Source of the DNA: a virus
Lineage: Duplodnaviria; Caudoviricetes
DNA length: 64,000 nt
Virus record (IMG/VR): IMGVR_UViG_2061766007_000330
Strand: one strand, 5' to 3'
Shown here: piece by piece, positions 37,507 to 48,148 of the stretch
Layout of the letters: every line of letters starts with the position of its first letter
Position numbering within the stretch: position 1 is the stretch's first letter
Program-made: the position numbers and the translations under genes
The notes under the pieces: model-generated
Seen by the model: the letters and a program-made list of their open reading frames with translations, nothing else
The model's database searches: none
What the model was told of the DNA's origin: nothing

Positions 37507-39252
37507 TCAGCTCTCCAAGTAAATTCTTGTTGCTTCCATTAGATTTTGAATATAGGTTTTTCTTGTTTGGTTTATTTTAACAAGTACCTTTATGCATTCA
37601 ATCTGTTTTAGCTCATGTAACGTTTGCTTGATACTAGATTTGATAGCCTTTTGCTCATCTGGATTTAGCTTGTTTATTTTATCGATGATTGATCTGTCTT
37701 CTGAAAACGCTTTAAGCTTATCATGCTGTGCCTGTCCAAACGTTCCAAACGCTTTAATCTCACCGTCTATAAATTCGGTTAACCTGTTCAGTTTGCTCAA
37801 TCCTAAACAGACAGGTTCAATGTTAACTTCGGTTCCACTGTGGCTTGATTTATACTCTGAAAGTTTTTTGATGATTTTGTCGTATTGGATTTGAACGGGT
37901 GTTATTCTCAAACCACTAATACAATCGATAATGGATTGGTAAAAAACCAAATCCCTACTGTTATCAATATCAAGTCTATACAAAGTTTGTGGTCCATCTG
38001 GAGTGTTTATTACTGGATTATCATATCTTACCTTTTCGCGTATGGAGATTGCGTTTTTGACCAATTTTTCATATCTTTCGAAAATGATAGTATCTAAGAG
38101 TTTATTCTGTACTCCATATAGAAGAGCAGAACCTGCGTCGACACCGAAATAAAATTCTGTTGTTATTGCATTGTTCTTAAATTTTAATATCTTTGCTAAA
38201 TGTTCACCATAGTTATCAAACTGATGGTGTTCTTTTCCATCGATATTGTGGCTCTCATTAAACACTTGCTTAACATCGCTTAATTCACGTCTTTGGCTGT
38301 TATGCACATCAGTTGGCATCGAGAAGATGTCGTCTTTGTCGTATTCTAGATATCTTCTGTCTATATCAAAAAATTTGTTATAAAGCAGTATGAGATTGAT
38401 TTGTGTTTCCTTTCGATATTGTAGATATATTTCCACAGTCTTCAAAACTGGAAATATATCTCTTAGCATACGTTGTTTCACATCACCACGAGCTCGACAT
38501 ATTTGGTCGACCTTCGATGTTAATGCACGCATAACATCACTTGTTTCATGCTGGAAACCCTTTTTCGAACTGTTAGCCAATTCGTTTAACTTTTCAAGTT
38601 TGTTTCTTACTTTTTCTTCATAGTCATATGTTGAATCTAGTGTTTTAAATTTATCAGGAGGAATATTTTCATCTAAAGACCGTAAATAGTTTAATATTAC
38701 TTGGTCTATTTCTTGGTCGTTCGGTAAATCTTCGAATTCATTAACTAGTCCTATACGTGCAAATTCCTGAGCGGTAGTTAACTCCCATTCCGCATCGTCA
38801 TCGAGTTTCTGCTTCAAGTCATTAATGAGATTTTTAGTATCGTCGGAACATTCATTGATGTTGCCAACAGTATCATCTATTCTTTTGCTTGGAGACTTTT
38901 TTATAGTAGCAGTACTACTACCACCACCTCCTCCACCTCCAGAGCTCTTCATGCATAGTAAAATAATAGCAACAATAATAGCAACAATAGCACCGATTGC
39001 CCACAAAACAATGGCGCCAAATGCCTCGGACGAATATCTTAGCTGTTTAGGGATTATTTTTTCCCCAAGCAAACCTTCTATTGTTTCGAATTCTGGGATA
39101 ATATAATTGGCGATAACTTTTGTATCGTAACAATACGTTTCAAACGATGTTTTGTTCTGCTTATCTTTTAAGTCCAAGAAAAACAAACAAGTTTCAGAGA
39201 GTTTTATAGCTCTATTCAGAGCTTGATAGTAATTTAATTGATTCTCGTCCAT
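37507..39252 (-). CDS. putative head/ejection protein: propeptide, TM helix, poly-Gly linker
   Basis: SFE and SSE sites, then AFGAIVLWAIGAIVAIIVAIILLCM-KSSGGGGGGGSS. Confidence 0.65.
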   Translation of the reverse strand: MDENQLNYYQALNRAIKLSETCLFFLDLKDKQNKTSFETYCYDTKVIANYIIPEFETIEGLLGEKIIPKQLRYSSEAFGAIVLWAIGAIVAIIVAIILLCMKSSGGGGGGGSSTATIKKSPSKRIDDTVGNINECSDDTKNLINDLKQKLDDDAEWELTTAQEFARIGLVNEFEDLPNDQEIDQVILNYLRSLDENIPPDKFKTLDSTYDYEEKVRNKLEKLNELANSSKKGFQHETSDVMRALTSKVDQICRARGDVKQRMLRDIFPVLKTVEIYLQYRKETQINLILLYNKFFDIDRRYLEYDKDDIFSMPTDVHNSQRRELSDVKQVFNESHNIDGKEHHQFDNYGEHLAKILKFKNNAITTEFYFGVDAGSALLYGVQNKLLDTIIFERYEKLVKNAISIREKVRYDNPVINTPDGPQTLYRLDIDNSRDLVFYQSIIDCISGLRITPVQIQYDKIIKKLSEYKSSHSGTEVNIEPVCLGLSKLNRLTEFIDGEIKAFGTFGQAQHDKLKAFSEDRSIIDKINKLNPDEQKAIKSSIKQTLHELKQIECIKVLVKINQTRKTYIQNLMEATRIYLES

Positions 39253-39355
39253 ATTACTTACGTGTTTTAACAGGTATATTTAGGTATAAGATTTCTTTTA
39301 TAGGTTTAAAGTATCCTATGTTAAATTGAATCAATACATTAACGGAGATTTATAA

Positions 39356-40687
39356 ATGGCATGGAATTATACGAAGTGGTATCGCGCTACAAAACGCGAG
39401 CAAATAAACAACGCTAAACGCGAGGCTCGTGATAAACAGCGTCCGTTGTTAATAGCGTGGTCTAAGTTATCAGGTTGTATCAATTGCACGATGTTTCGAC
39501 GCTATGTTTCGTGTGACGGGCATTTAGGACACGTACCAGAACAGTGTAAAGTACAGGCATTAGGTCACCCGATTTGCAGCTATGCTGATTCAAACAAAAT
39601 TGTCATGCTTGAAGTAGAGATTTCATCTTGTGTGACATATGGCGGATCGTTTAAAAAATATTACAACGGATATGGCAGTGGCAGACAAGGCATTCTTTGG
39701 AACGCTTTTCCTACAATATTCATGGTACATGTAAAAGAAGACGCAGATTGCGATACAAAAGACAACTATACTCTTGTCAGAGACACCGAAATGATTTTTT
39801 GCACACAAGGTATTGGAGGAAATCCGGTATACGGAAGTCTCGGACAAGTGTCTAGCTTGAAATGTCCTAGATTGGACATGGATGCATTTACTGGTTTCAC
39901 GAATATGGTATCTGCTGTTTTTTCTGGAGAGTATCCTGAGTTTAATACGTATGGAATGAAGATAGGCCAAGCAACGCCAGACATTTCTACGTTAATAGGA
40001 TCTGAACGCAGGTTAACTTTCAAAGAAAAACGAATCCAATGTTTGTTGAGTGACGAGACAGTTAGCATCCCGATTAGTCAGATTCATCAATCGTCGAACT
40101 ACGAAGGGGGCAAAGCGGTTCAATTTACATTTGACGTGTCGATTGAACATTCGGAAATTCCAAATGTGCATTTTGGCGAATCCGTATCACAGAAGTCAAT
40201 TACAGTATCGGCTTCAACCGATGAAACCACACATTCTGTCGTTTTGAAACTGCCACTGGAATCGTCTATTCCCGACGATTGGGACACATCAAAAGAAGTT
40301 ATCCTGAAGCTCAAAAACACATCGTTGAATTTTGTCGAAACAGATAAAACAACGTTAAGCTTGAATGTCTACAAACATCCTTTAAAACCGATATTTACTA
40401 CAGACACGAGCGAATCTGTTAGTATCTCGAATGAGACGACATTGTTTGATGTTATCATGCCAAACAATAGCGTGGAATTGTTGTGGGGTTGTGTCACAGG
40501 TAGTGTTCCAAGTCACATAACCATAGACACCAGCTATACTGATACAACCGGCAAATTAATAATAACATCATCAAACACGACTAAAGACTTTAATATATTT
40601 GGCATAAAGATTTACGCTAGGCTTGGAGACACAAATAACATTGTAGAAGGTGACACTATCAAATTAAGAGCACCAACAGGATTATAA
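39356..40687 (+). CDS. thioredoxin-like (CxxC) domain fused to beta-sandwich domains
   Basis: AKREARDKQRPLLIAWS...GCINC and a cis-Pro-like AFPTIF; Ig-like C-terminus. Confidence 0.55.
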   Translation: MAWNYTKWYRATKREQINNAKREARDKQRPLLIAWSKLSGCINCTMFRRYVSCDGHLGHVPEQCKVQALGHPICSYADSNKIVMLEVEISSCVTYGGSFKKYYNGYGSGRQGILWNAFPTIFMVHVKEDADCDTKDNYTLVRDTEMIFCTQGIGGNPVYGSLGQVSSLKCPRLDMDAFTGFTNMVSAVFSGEYPEFNTYGMKIGQATPDISTLIGSERRLTFKEKRIQCLLSDETVSIPISQIHQSSNYEGGKAVQFTFDVSIEHSEIPNVHFGESVSQKSITVSASTDETTHSVVLKLPLESSIPDDWDTSKEVILKLKNTSLNFVETDKTTLSLNVYKHPLKPIFTTDTSESVSISNETTLFDVIMPNNSVELLWGCVTGSVPSHITIDTSYTDTTGKLIITSSNTTKDFNIFGIKIYARLGDTNNIVEGDTIKLRAPTGL

Positions 40688-40696
40688 AGTCATACG

Positions 40697-40725
40697 GACT
40701 GGAGTAGGCATGACCTACTCCAGTC
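40697..40725. terminator. terminator between convergent genes
   Basis: 12-bp stem GACTGGAGTAGG. Confidence 0.8.
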
Positions 40726-40734
40726 GTTTAAATA

Positions 40735-40932
40735 TTATTTCGGCAACTGACGAACAATAGACATCAACCAGCGGTATTCTCCAATGATCATTGAATGAGA
40801 TGCTTCTTTACCATACTCCTTTTCAAGAGTATGCCGTAGCGTTATCAGATTCTTGAGCTTTAATTGAACGTTTAATTCTTTCAGTTCTTTTGCGATATCT
40901 TCGAGATGTTTTTTGTCTTCCGGCATAATCAA
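40735..40932 (-). CDS. small hypothetical protein
   Basis: 65 aa, coupled to the upstream gene. Confidence 0.55.
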   Translation of the reverse strand: MIMPEDKKHLEDIAKELKELNVQLKLKNLITLRHTLEKEYGKEASHSMIIGEYRWLMSIVRQLPK

Positions 40933-41618
40933 CCTCTCAAGATATCTTCAACATACGAGTTTTGATCATTCTCATTAACCAGTGATGTGTTGATGGAATC
41001 TTGAAAATATCCACCAATGGCTTTGGCTGTAAACGATTGAGCCGTGTGTGGAATGTCTGTAAGCTTCAGCCACAACGGACGGTGTTTCATATCGGAGAGA
41101 CGATAAGGAACTCGGTAGTCTCCAGGTTTTTTCGCCATATGAGAAAAGATGGCTTCGTAGACAACATGTTTTGCAGGAATTTTGGATCCAGTGACTTCTT
41201 TAATGGTATCAAAGATAAACGCACAGTTGTCATAGGAAAGAAACTCAGGAATGAAACCAGATTCCAAATATTCCGTAAAGATGATGTAAGCAATGTATTC
41301 GTTTCTGACGACTTGCTTGTTTTTGATAAACGTGTCACCTTTATTGAAGATACACCGCAGATAATCTGCGCCATTGACCGTCACATAATCAGAACGGGTA
41401 GGGCATAGATCTAGTACGGCTGGTATGAACAGTCCGTGGTCCTGTGTCTCGTTGACGTTGATTTCAAAGATTCCTAATGCACGAACAGTATCGCCAACAG
41501 AAATCATGGCGTATTTTTCATACCGTCGTGGAATGTGTACAACTAATGTATTTCCTGTAAACGTGACACTGTCGTCGTCGTTATATTTAAGATAATCGTT
41601 AAAGTTAAAACCTGCCAT
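40929..41618 (-). CDS. probable virion RNA polymerase beta-prime C-terminal subunit (phiKZ gp176 / SPN3US gp244-like)
   Basis: KHVVYEAIFSHM and SFTAKAIGGYFQDSINTSL...VEDILRG resemble the beta-prime C-terminus (KHIEVIVRQM; SFISAASFQET...KENVIVG); lies near the prohead protease as in phiKZ. Confidence 0.6.
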   Translation of the reverse strand: MAGFNFNDYLKYNDDDSVTFTGNTLVVHIPRRYEKYAMISVGDTVRALGIFEINVNETQDHGLFIPAVLDLCPTRSDYVTVNGADYLRCIFNKGDTFIKNKQVVRNEYIAYIIFTEYLESGFIPEFLSYDNCAFIFDTIKEVTGSKIPAKHVVYEAIFSHMAKKPGDYRVPYRLSDMKHRPLWLKLTDIPHTAQSFTAKAIGGYFQDSINTSLVNENDQNSYVEDILRG

Positions 41619-41622
41619 TTAA

Positions 41623-43251
41623 TTACTCCTCGTGTGTGTTTTCTTCGGTCAGAGGAATACCAAGATCCAAGAAATTCATCTTCGGATGCGGCGTTGGCTC
41701 TGGTGTTTCCGGTTCTTCTATAGTATCACCGAGTATGGAGTCTTTTTCAATGAGGTACCAGTCCATCAATGAATAGTTCTTTAATTTTGTGACTTGAATG
41801 TCTTCCTCGGGATACTTGCGGTATTTGTCGACGAGGTTGTAATTGTGCCGTTCTGTCACAACCATTTCAGAACTTACATTAAACGGATCGGAGTTGTTTG
41901 GAATACTCAGATTGGATTTTCTGTTGAAACTGACTAGCAGTGATTGGTCGTATGATTCTTGTACAGATGAGAACAACTCACCAGTCAAATCGTTTCTAAG
42001 AATTCCACGAGCCGCATTGCTAAATATCAGTCGGTTCGGAGACAACTGTTTAAATGATTTGTGGTTTAAATAGCGTAACGTTGGATTTGGCTGATCAATG
42101 TAAATGATAAATGGCTTTAAACGCAATTGATATGGAGTCTTCCAATTGACATCGTCTTCGTAGTCAAACAAATACGACAACCAAGTTGACAGCGATATTC
42201 TGAACATATCTACATTTGGTTCCGTCACGCAGATTCCAAGTGCTCTCGCCAAAGCGCCAACCATATATTCCAGCATCTGAATCGGAATGGTTATCCTGAC
42301 AAGAGTTTCATTCGACGTGTCGTTGTAATAGCGAACTGTTGAACAGTAATCAGGCCAGAAAATGATGCCGTTGATGCAAGGATACATTAATCCACGAAGC
42401 TGTCCTTTCAGTCGGAAGTCAATCACAATGTTTGTCTGTGTATAGACTCTGAAGAAATTGTAAATTGTGGAGTAGAATGTTTTGTTGCGTCTGTTTGGAT
42501 TGTTTATGAAAACAGTGTTGCCACCAGATATTTCGATAGTGTCTTTTGGAAATTCCAGTAACTCAAATCCAGTTCCCATTTTGGAGAAATCCAAAAACAT
42601 CAGATCGTCTGACGGACTGTCTGCTCGTGTTGCAATGCTGTTGGCGCCGTAAGCTGTAATAGACGTTTCGTCGGTCTTTGGATAACAAGCAAATCCGTTG
42701 ACGATTGGGATCTGTCCAGTAACCAGCGTGACATTCTTCGGTTTTGTATAGACCTTGTCTGGAAGCATTGACTTGAAGAAATAGTTCTCACGGGCAGGTC
42801 GCAAATGATCTGTTATCTTAACTGTCCACCCGTCAACAAATGGCAAATACCCTCTTAATGCGTCCGTACTGTTTGTTCTATACCGTTGAAGCACTGTTCG
42901 GTTATTTCCGACGTACCATGTATCAGGGAATTTGACGGTGGATCTCAAGCGATCAGGGCTGCTACAGGTAATGCAACAAGTATCGAGTTCTTCTATGTGT
43001 GTAGACAACCACGTATAAAGGTCGTTCCATGTTAGCGATTTTGTTATCTCTGGACATTTTTCCAAAGCAGCAATTTTCTTAAAATCGAAGCATTTGATGT
43101 CGGTTCTGTAGTCCATACATAGACAAATCAAGTCGTTTTGCTTGGACGACAGAAACAACGCTTCGTACGGAGTCACTGAGTGACAGTCGTATCCGACAGC
43201 ATTGTCGTACGACATACAGAATACCGCAAGATGATTCATTGGTGTAAACAT
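41623..43251 (-). CDS. putative virion structural protein
   Basis: 542 aa ORF in the structural gene run. Confidence 0.5.
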   Translation of the reverse strand: MFTPMNHLAVFCMSYDNAVGYDCHSVTPYEALFLSSKQNDLICLCMDYRTDIKCFDFKKIAALEKCPEITKSLTWNDLYTWLSTHIEELDTCCITCSSPDRLRSTVKFPDTWYVGNNRTVLQRYRTNSTDALRGYLPFVDGWTVKITDHLRPARENYFFKSMLPDKVYTKPKNVTLVTGQIPIVNGFACYPKTDETSITAYGANSIATRADSPSDDLMFLDFSKMGTGFELLEFPKDTIEISGGNTVFINNPNRRNKTFYSTIYNFFRVYTQTNIVIDFRLKGQLRGLMYPCINGIIFWPDYCSTVRYYNDTSNETLVRITIPIQMLEYMVGALARALGICVTEPNVDMFRISLSTWLSYLFDYEDDVNWKTPYQLRLKPFIIYIDQPNPTLRYLNHKSFKQLSPNRLIFSNAARGILRNDLTGELFSSVQESYDQSLLVSFNRKSNLSIPNNSDPFNVSSEMVVTERHNYNLVDKYRKYPEEDIQVTKLKNYSLMDWYLIEKDSILGDTIEEPETPEPTPHPKMNFLDLGIPLTEENTHEE

Positions 43252-43264
43252 ACCTTATAAATTA

Positions 43265-43294
43265 GGAGAGTGGGATGCGACTGTCCCACTCTCC
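43265..43294 (-). terminator. terminator hairpin
   Basis: 11-bp stem GGAGAGTGGGA. Confidence 0.7.
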
Positions 43295-43301
43295 GAGACA
43301 A

Positions 43302-45416
43302 CTAGACTTGACTAAATGAAGCACAGTTTTTTGTGTCCATTTCAGTTAATTCGGATTTCGTATGAACCGTTACGGGATTTCCATACAGTGTTTCGTATGA
43401 TTCCGTTGCAGTACCTTCATTGGCAACACGGTAGAACTCAATAACCCACGTGCTTTCAATGTTTGAAGGATCCACCGTCAACGTCAATGGTTTGTAATAC
43501 AATTCGACAGGTATGTACTCGTATGCCGTTCCGTCATTTTCGACAGTGGCAACTGGTTCATACTGTCCATTCTTCCATCCCATTACACGGAAATGTGTAG
43601 GTTTCGGTGGATTGGCTTCAGAAATCAGCATTGGAGGATTCGAGTCGTAGTAATACGTTGTGAGGAATATCTGTATCCGTTTGTATGTCAGATAATCTGA
43701 TTCGTTGTCAAAGTCTGTGATGCTAGTGTCACCGACAAAAGCGCCATTGTTGTAGACTGGTATTTTGTATTCTGTGACACCCTCGACTACATCTGCAAAG
43801 ATAAATGGACGATGGTGATAGCCGTCGTTTTGTCCGTAGACGTAGTTGTTCTTGGATACAGCGTCACGAATGGTGAACAACATGTCGGGTCTTGATGCTG
43901 GGTTTTTCAGTTTTATGTAACCCAACTGCTGAATCTCAACAACACCATTGCTTGTGTCGTCTATCTTGATGATGAATTTCTGTTCGGTATCATTAGGCAA
44001 CATTGTGTTGAAACTGACACCAACGTTTTCAGCATCTTCAATTGAGACATCATCGGAAGCAAATGTCATTACACCGGTTCGGTCAAACCGATAGCCCAGA
44101 ACTTTAAACAGCCATTTTGACTCAGACCAAATAGGAATCAACGATACTTTGTTGACAACATCATCAACTGTATTCGTCACATAGATGTATTTCATACAGC
44201 TGATGTAACGGCTGCTTCCGATTTTAACGTCTTTTGTCGATTCGTAGAAGTCTTGGACTGCTTGTTCACCTTCAGATGAGTTTTCTCCCAGCGCTTCTGT
44301 GATCTGGTTGTATGCATCCGTTACAGAAACATTTTCTCTCAGATAAACAGGTTGTGCAAACGGCAGATAATACTTGAACAGAATTGGAATGTGAATGTTC
44401 GGTATTTCAGAGCTTACCTCCTCTAAACCATAAACAAATCCAGAGTCTCCGTCCAGTGGAACTTCTGTCTGCGACCCGTCTGAATACGTAATGATTCCTG
44501 TAAACTGAAGTTGATACGGATCTTGTCCTCTTCGAAGGATGATGACATTACCTTCCATCTGGTTGCAGACGACATCAAAGTCGATCACAGTCGGACGGGA
44601 TTTGATGTCCAGATCTTCGTTTGGATCTACAGATGGTATTTCACTCTCACATGCTACAAGAGTCAGTTCAGCAATAATGATATTTGTTTTGTCAAATATC
44701 TTTAGCAAATACAGGTCACCTGTTTTTAATGGTGCATCGTGAATGTAAGTGATGCACGATGGCACACATTTTTTCGCATAAGGCTCTGTTGTATCGAATC
44801 CATCTTCTCCAACTGACATTTGGTATAGTGGAGCGAGAGGAATAACATGATCAGATTCTGGCACATACTGATTGTATTCTGGATACGAGCCAGCCCAGTG
44901 AGGATCCAACGGAATCGGACCGTGCTGTCCAGGCCAGTCTTCCCAGTCGCCTAAATACCGTGTAATTGGAACATCTTCAATCGTCCAAATCTGATAGGAA
45001 TAAGCATCTTCTCCGAAAATCGTAATACGTTCATCGGGAGACACAACATAGATTTCCTCAAGATGCCCGTTTTCGTTTTTTATGGTTTCTTTCTTGAAAT
45101 AGAGCATGAATAAATCGTTGGTGTAACCGCTGATTTTTCTGCTTTTTATTTTCTCGTCAAGAAACACAGTCGGTGTCAGTGTCGACGCATATGTCGTAGG
45201 ATCAACAGCAATCACCGTGTACAAACGGTTATGATTGCCTTTGATGTCATCAATGACCTGTGACCCAACAGCGGGAATGATTGTCCCCTTGCCATTGTTT
45301 GTCACAGGATCGTAGATTCGCGACAGAGGATAGAGTCCCAAGTCGCGTTTTCTGAACACCGTGACATGGTTGTCCGTCGTCTGTGTATTTCTTGTTTGCT
45401 GATAAATACTGCTCAT
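43302..45416 (-). CDS. virion structural protein, phiKZ gp26-like (baseplate-associated)
   Basis: position; motifs IPAVGS.V.D, G.ITYSDG and P.PTHF. Confidence 0.6.
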   Translation of the reverse strand: MSSIYQQTRNTQTTDNHVTVFRKRDLGLYPLSRIYDPVTNNGKGTIIPAVGSQVIDDIKGNHNRLYTVIAVDPTTYASTLTPTVFLDEKIKSRKISGYTNDLFMLYFKKETIKNENGHLEEIYVVSPDERITIFGEDAYSYQIWTIEDVPITRYLGDWEDWPGQHGPIPLDPHWAGSYPEYNQYVPESDHVIPLAPLYQMSVGEDGFDTTEPYAKKCVPSCITYIHDAPLKTGDLYLLKIFDKTNIIIAELTLVACESEIPSVDPNEDLDIKSRPTVIDFDVVCNQMEGNVIILRRGQDPYQLQFTGIITYSDGSQTEVPLDGDSGFVYGLEEVSSEIPNIHIPILFKYYLPFAQPVYLRENVSVTDAYNQITEALGENSSEGEQAVQDFYESTKDVKIGSSRYISCMKYIYVTNTVDDVVNKVSLIPIWSESKWLFKVLGYRFDRTGVMTFASDDVSIEDAENVGVSFNTMLPNDTEQKFIIKIDDTSNGVVEIQQLGYIKLKNPASRPDMLFTIRDAVSKNNYVYGQNDGYHHRPFIFADVVEGVTEYKIPVYNNGAFVGDTSITDFDNESDYLTYKRIQIFLTTYYYDSNPPMLISEANPPKPTHFRVMGWKNGQYEPVATVENDGTAYEYIPVELYYKPLTLTVDPSNIESTWVIEFYRVANEGTATESYETLYGNPVTVHTKSELTEMDTKNCASFSQV

Positions 45417-48148
45417 GTGGGTAATTCTCCATCTCGTATGTCATCATCATCAATCAGGAGCGTGTAGATTCGTTCCAGTTTTTGCATGGTTGACGTATCC
45501 ATGACGTTATAGATACGATAGCTAATCAGAACGTCTACAAAGTTCCTATCAACGTTTGACCGGAAGACAGGATCCCAAGCTCGATAAGTTGTAATATAAG
45601 GCTTTACTGCGTCAAGCAGTTCTTCATCCGTGAACACATTGGAGAGGTTCAATGTTCCATTCACAACATCCGAAACGATTAATTGCATTACGACAGAATA
45701 AATGCAATGAGACGCTTCGATAAGAGACAGTTTCTCCTCCGATTCAGGATTGTCAAATGTCGATACGATGTATGAAATTCTCGCATCATCTATTTGCTTG
45801 TTGGTTTCAAACGGAGCCATTACGACATCCAGTTCTTTAGGAGCCAATGCTCTTAGACGATAGGGAGCGCCATTTTTGACACCGTTTAACTCCATGATTT
45901 TCGTGTAACTTTCAATGGGAACAGAGTCACATGGAGCACCATCGGCGATTAACCCGCCAAGATGTGTAAATGCGTTCAAAACACACAAATGAACGTTTAT
46001 CTCGTTTTCAATCATAAACCCTCTGACGTCACCAATCTGTGTTTCGTTGTACAAAAGCACATCGAGTTGATTCGTGTCGTTTAAGTAACTCACATTTGTT
46101 ATAACCAAAGATGTTCCAATAAACCATCCGTCATCTGTGAATTGCTGATGAACGACGTAATCCAGATTAGGAATCAGTTCTTTGTGGTTTAAGAACACAA
46201 GAATGTTGTCGTTGTCAAATAAAGGAATGTCTTCGTCTGTCAGAATGGGTGATTGCAATGGAGCAAACGAGTCTTCTTGTAAGTCCAATGTAAATGACTT
46301 TCTGAAATAATGTCCCTTTGTAATGGCAACAACTGTACTGCCAATCATGTTTGTGTTAAATTCGTAGACGTATTGTCCGTTACTGTTTTTTGACTCAAGG
46401 ACGTTGAGACCCATTGTCAATTTGCGGTAACAATTGGTGCCTCTCGGAAGATTGCCAACAGACAACTTGGTCTTTGTTGCACTGCATGAATGAGACTCAA
46501 CGGTTTCTATTGCATAGAACTCACACGGTTCGTTGAATACGATCTCACCATATTCAGGTATGATCTGATCACGAAAAAGCACGTGTCTTGGCGTTCCATC
46601 AAAGAGTTCTGTATCGACAATTTCAGCTTGGAATGTGTCGTTGTTGTATGGATCGTTGTACCACTCTTCTGTTTCTTCAGCATGATCTCTTGGATCGGGA
46701 TAGCTGATGCCAGGCAAATCAACTGTTTCTGAATCACTGGGTTTCAACGTCCAACGTGTCAGTTTCTCATAGACACCAGGATTCAAAGCAATCGTTAAAT
46801 ACATTCCATTGCGTCTGACAGTGTAATCAGTTTCGTCAATGAGATATTTGTTTATCCACACCAACGGTTTTAACCGGTTATTGGTTGCCAGAACAACAGG
46901 GACTGGAATATCCCACGGCTTGTCAACTCTCCATGTGGTCATATCCGCCGAATGATACCGATGACAAATCAGATCGATGGTGTGATAATATCCATAGAGA
47001 TTCACAAGATTTTTTAGTGTTGACATGTTGTTCACATTACGTGAAATCAACGCCTGTTGTGACTTAGACAACGTCTGACCAGACCACGGCATATCGTAGT
47101 TTCCAGTGCTCGCTATTTGAGAGGCAATTTCGTCGTCAGACAACATGTACAGATAGTTGGTATACTCAGCGTTTCTCATCAACGGGTCTTGGTTTGAGAA
47201 ACGTATTTGAACCATGACCATCCAGTCGTCATAAAAATCCTTTGGAACATTCGGACGATTTAAGGCACTTTCGCTAATGGCGAAATCGTTGTGCGTCAGT
47301 TGTTTCACATCGTTCATCGTATCCCAGCGGTTAATGACATATCCAGGAAACGATGGATTGATTGCATACAAGTCACAATGGTCGTGAAGAATCATTCGGT
47401 TCTGCGGATTTAGTTCCTTTGGAACATGGAACGTGTAATACAGTTTGTTTGTCACGTTGTCCATGTACGCAGTCCTGAAGTTCTTAAACGGAAAATATGT
47501 CACGGCTTTGATGGACTTATCTGTAACGATTTCGATGTACCGATACAATCCCAATGTTTCCTGAGTCAAATCCAATGGTGCGACACGTCCGTCTAGATAG
47601 ACGGTGGAAACTGTCGGATCCATATTCCTAAGACGATTCCATAAGGAATACGTGTTGGAACTGGTGATCTCACCACAATAAACATTCCACGATGTGATGT
47701 CTTCATGATACATCTGACTCATGAACAGTTCGTTCTTTGCGCCAGGAGTTGACACTGGAACACAAAGCACTAGCGTTCGTTCATCGACTCGTGTAATATA
47801 CACGTCTCCACGATAGACGCTCAGACCGTCCAATGTTCCAAGTCGAATGTCAAAGCGCGATTTGTTCATCACATCCGTCAGCTTTTGCCATTTTCCAATA
47901 TCCAGATGGAATTCAAACGGGTCTGTCCAAGTAATCGGAAGATTGTACACATAACACGCTGTATTCAACGGAAGACGCAGTATCTTCGTCAAAAGTCTGG
48001 CTGTTCCACAATGTACAGTTTTCCCTATATTTGTAAGACGGATGTTCTTGCGGAAATGTTTATCAGGTTCGTGCCAGTAATGATCAAAAGCGTAACGCCT
48101 AAGATAGGCGGTAATGTAAGATAATAGGGTGTCTGTTGTCATGATCAA
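45413..48148 (-). CDS. virion structural protein, phiKZ gp27-like (baseplate)
   Basis: 911 aa; W.EP, QLTHNDFAI, VFLN..ELIP.LDY; synteny with the sheath gene. Confidence 0.65.
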   Translation of the reverse strand: MIMTTDTLLSYITAYLRRYAFDHYWHEPDKHFRKNIRLTNIGKTVHCGTARLLTKILRLPLNTACYVYNLPITWTDPFEFHLDIGKWQKLTDVMNKSRFDIRLGTLDGLSVYRGDVYITRVDERTLVLCVPVSTPGAKNELFMSQMYHEDITSWNVYCGEITSSNTYSLWNRLRNMDPTVSTVYLDGRVAPLDLTQETLGLYRYIEIVTDKSIKAVTYFPFKNFRTAYMDNVTNKLYYTFHVPKELNPQNRMILHDHCDLYAINPSFPGYVINRWDTMNDVKQLTHNDFAISESALNRPNVPKDFYDDWMVMVQIRFSNQDPLMRNAEYTNYLYMLSDDEIASQIASTGNYDMPWSGQTLSKSQQALISRNVNNMSTLKNLVNLYGYYHTIDLICHRYHSADMTTWRVDKPWDIPVPVVLATNNRLKPLVWINKYLIDETDYTVRRNGMYLTIALNPGVYEKLTRWTLKPSDSETVDLPGISYPDPRDHAEETEEWYNDPYNNDTFQAEIVDTELFDGTPRHVLFRDQIIPEYGEIVFNEPCEFYAIETVESHSCSATKTKLSVGNLPRGTNCYRKLTMGLNVLESKNSNGQYVYEFNTNMIGSTVVAITKGHYFRKSFTLDLQEDSFAPLQSPILTDEDIPLFDNDNILVFLNHKELIPNLDYVVHQQFTDDGWFIGTSLVITNVSYLNDTNQLDVLLYNETQIGDVRGFMIENEINVHLCVLNAFTHLGGLIADGAPCDSVPIESYTKIMELNGVKNGAPYRLRALAPKELDVVMAPFETNKQIDDARISYIVSTFDNPESEEKLSLIEASHCIYSVVMQLIVSDVVNGTLNLSNVFTDEELLDAVKPYITTYRAWDPVFRSNVDRNFVDVLISYRIYNVMDTSTMQKLERIYTLLIDDDDIRDGELPT

